Shown here in pieces: positions 31,940-32,000 of a stretch of DNA of 32,000 bases. The stretch comes from Nitrosospira multiformis ATCC 25196 (lineage in GTDB: Bacteria; Pseudomonadota; Gammaproteobacteria; Burkholderiales; Nitrosomonadaceae): NCBI RefSeq assembly GCF_000196355.1, contig NC_007614.1, positions 1,380,001 through 1,412,000 of the forward strand, written 5' to 3'. The position numbers and the translations under genes were made by a program. Below the pieces are notes generated by a model. The model searched no databases, had not been told where the DNA came from, and saw nothing but the letters and a program-made list of their open reading frames with translations. How positions within the stretch are numbered: position 1 is the first letter of the stretch; every line of letters starts with the position of its first letter.

Positions 31940-32000
31940 ATGAGTGCAATTGTAGATGTCATCGCCCGCGAAATTCTTGACTCGCGCGGAAACCCAACCG
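31940..32000 (+). CDS. eno: Enolase, N-terminal fragment (runs off the right edge)
   Basis: ATG 31940 gives MSAIVDVIAREILDSRGNPT, the canonical enolase N-terminus. pyrG-eno adjacency matches E. coli. Confidence 0.85.
   Translation, partial: MSAIVDVIAREILDSRGNPT

Overview
This window looks like a proteobacterial-type chromosome (taxonomy inferred from gene content only). Most of it is housekeeping. In order: a left-edge sensor-protein fragment, an orphan sulfate-binding protein, guaA-guaB, ratB-ratA divergent from smpB, and ctaA. Then comes a complete System I cytochrome c maturation set that is physically split: ccmCDEFGHI at 11.9-17.8 kb and ccmAB at 20.7-22.0 kb, separated by AlkA-like, murI and GNAT genes. 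The window ends with tadA, a YkuD-fold protein, pyrG and the start of eno.

Two blocks are not ordinary.

(1) 2.0-5.2 kb is a stress-protein cluster: two BON/OsmY-like genes, two CsbD genes, a secreted Cys-repeat protein, an untracked 49-aa membrane peptide and a CBS-pair protein. It contains a head-to-tail ~0.95 kb tandem duplication. The duplication junction has fused the signal peptide of the downstream gene onto a second BON copy.

(2) 22.3-28.4 kb is a minus-strand block of uncharacterised genes between ccmA and tadA. It holds a DUF5996-like protein, a 156-aa ORF translationally coupled (ATGA) to an 888-aa M64 metallopeptidase-vWA fusion with no signal peptide, a frameshifted VOC/PhnB-like gene, a Trp-rich 231-aa orphan and a 106-aa orphan. 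This is my best candidate for an undescribed system. Its function is not deducible from sequence alone.

Smaller oddities are a (CCTGAG)9 microsatellite in a 626-bp gene-free gap and a 35-aa upstream ORF that copies the first 13 nt of pyrG and stops on the pyrG start codon. I saw no tRNA, rRNA, CRISPR, transposase or integrase.
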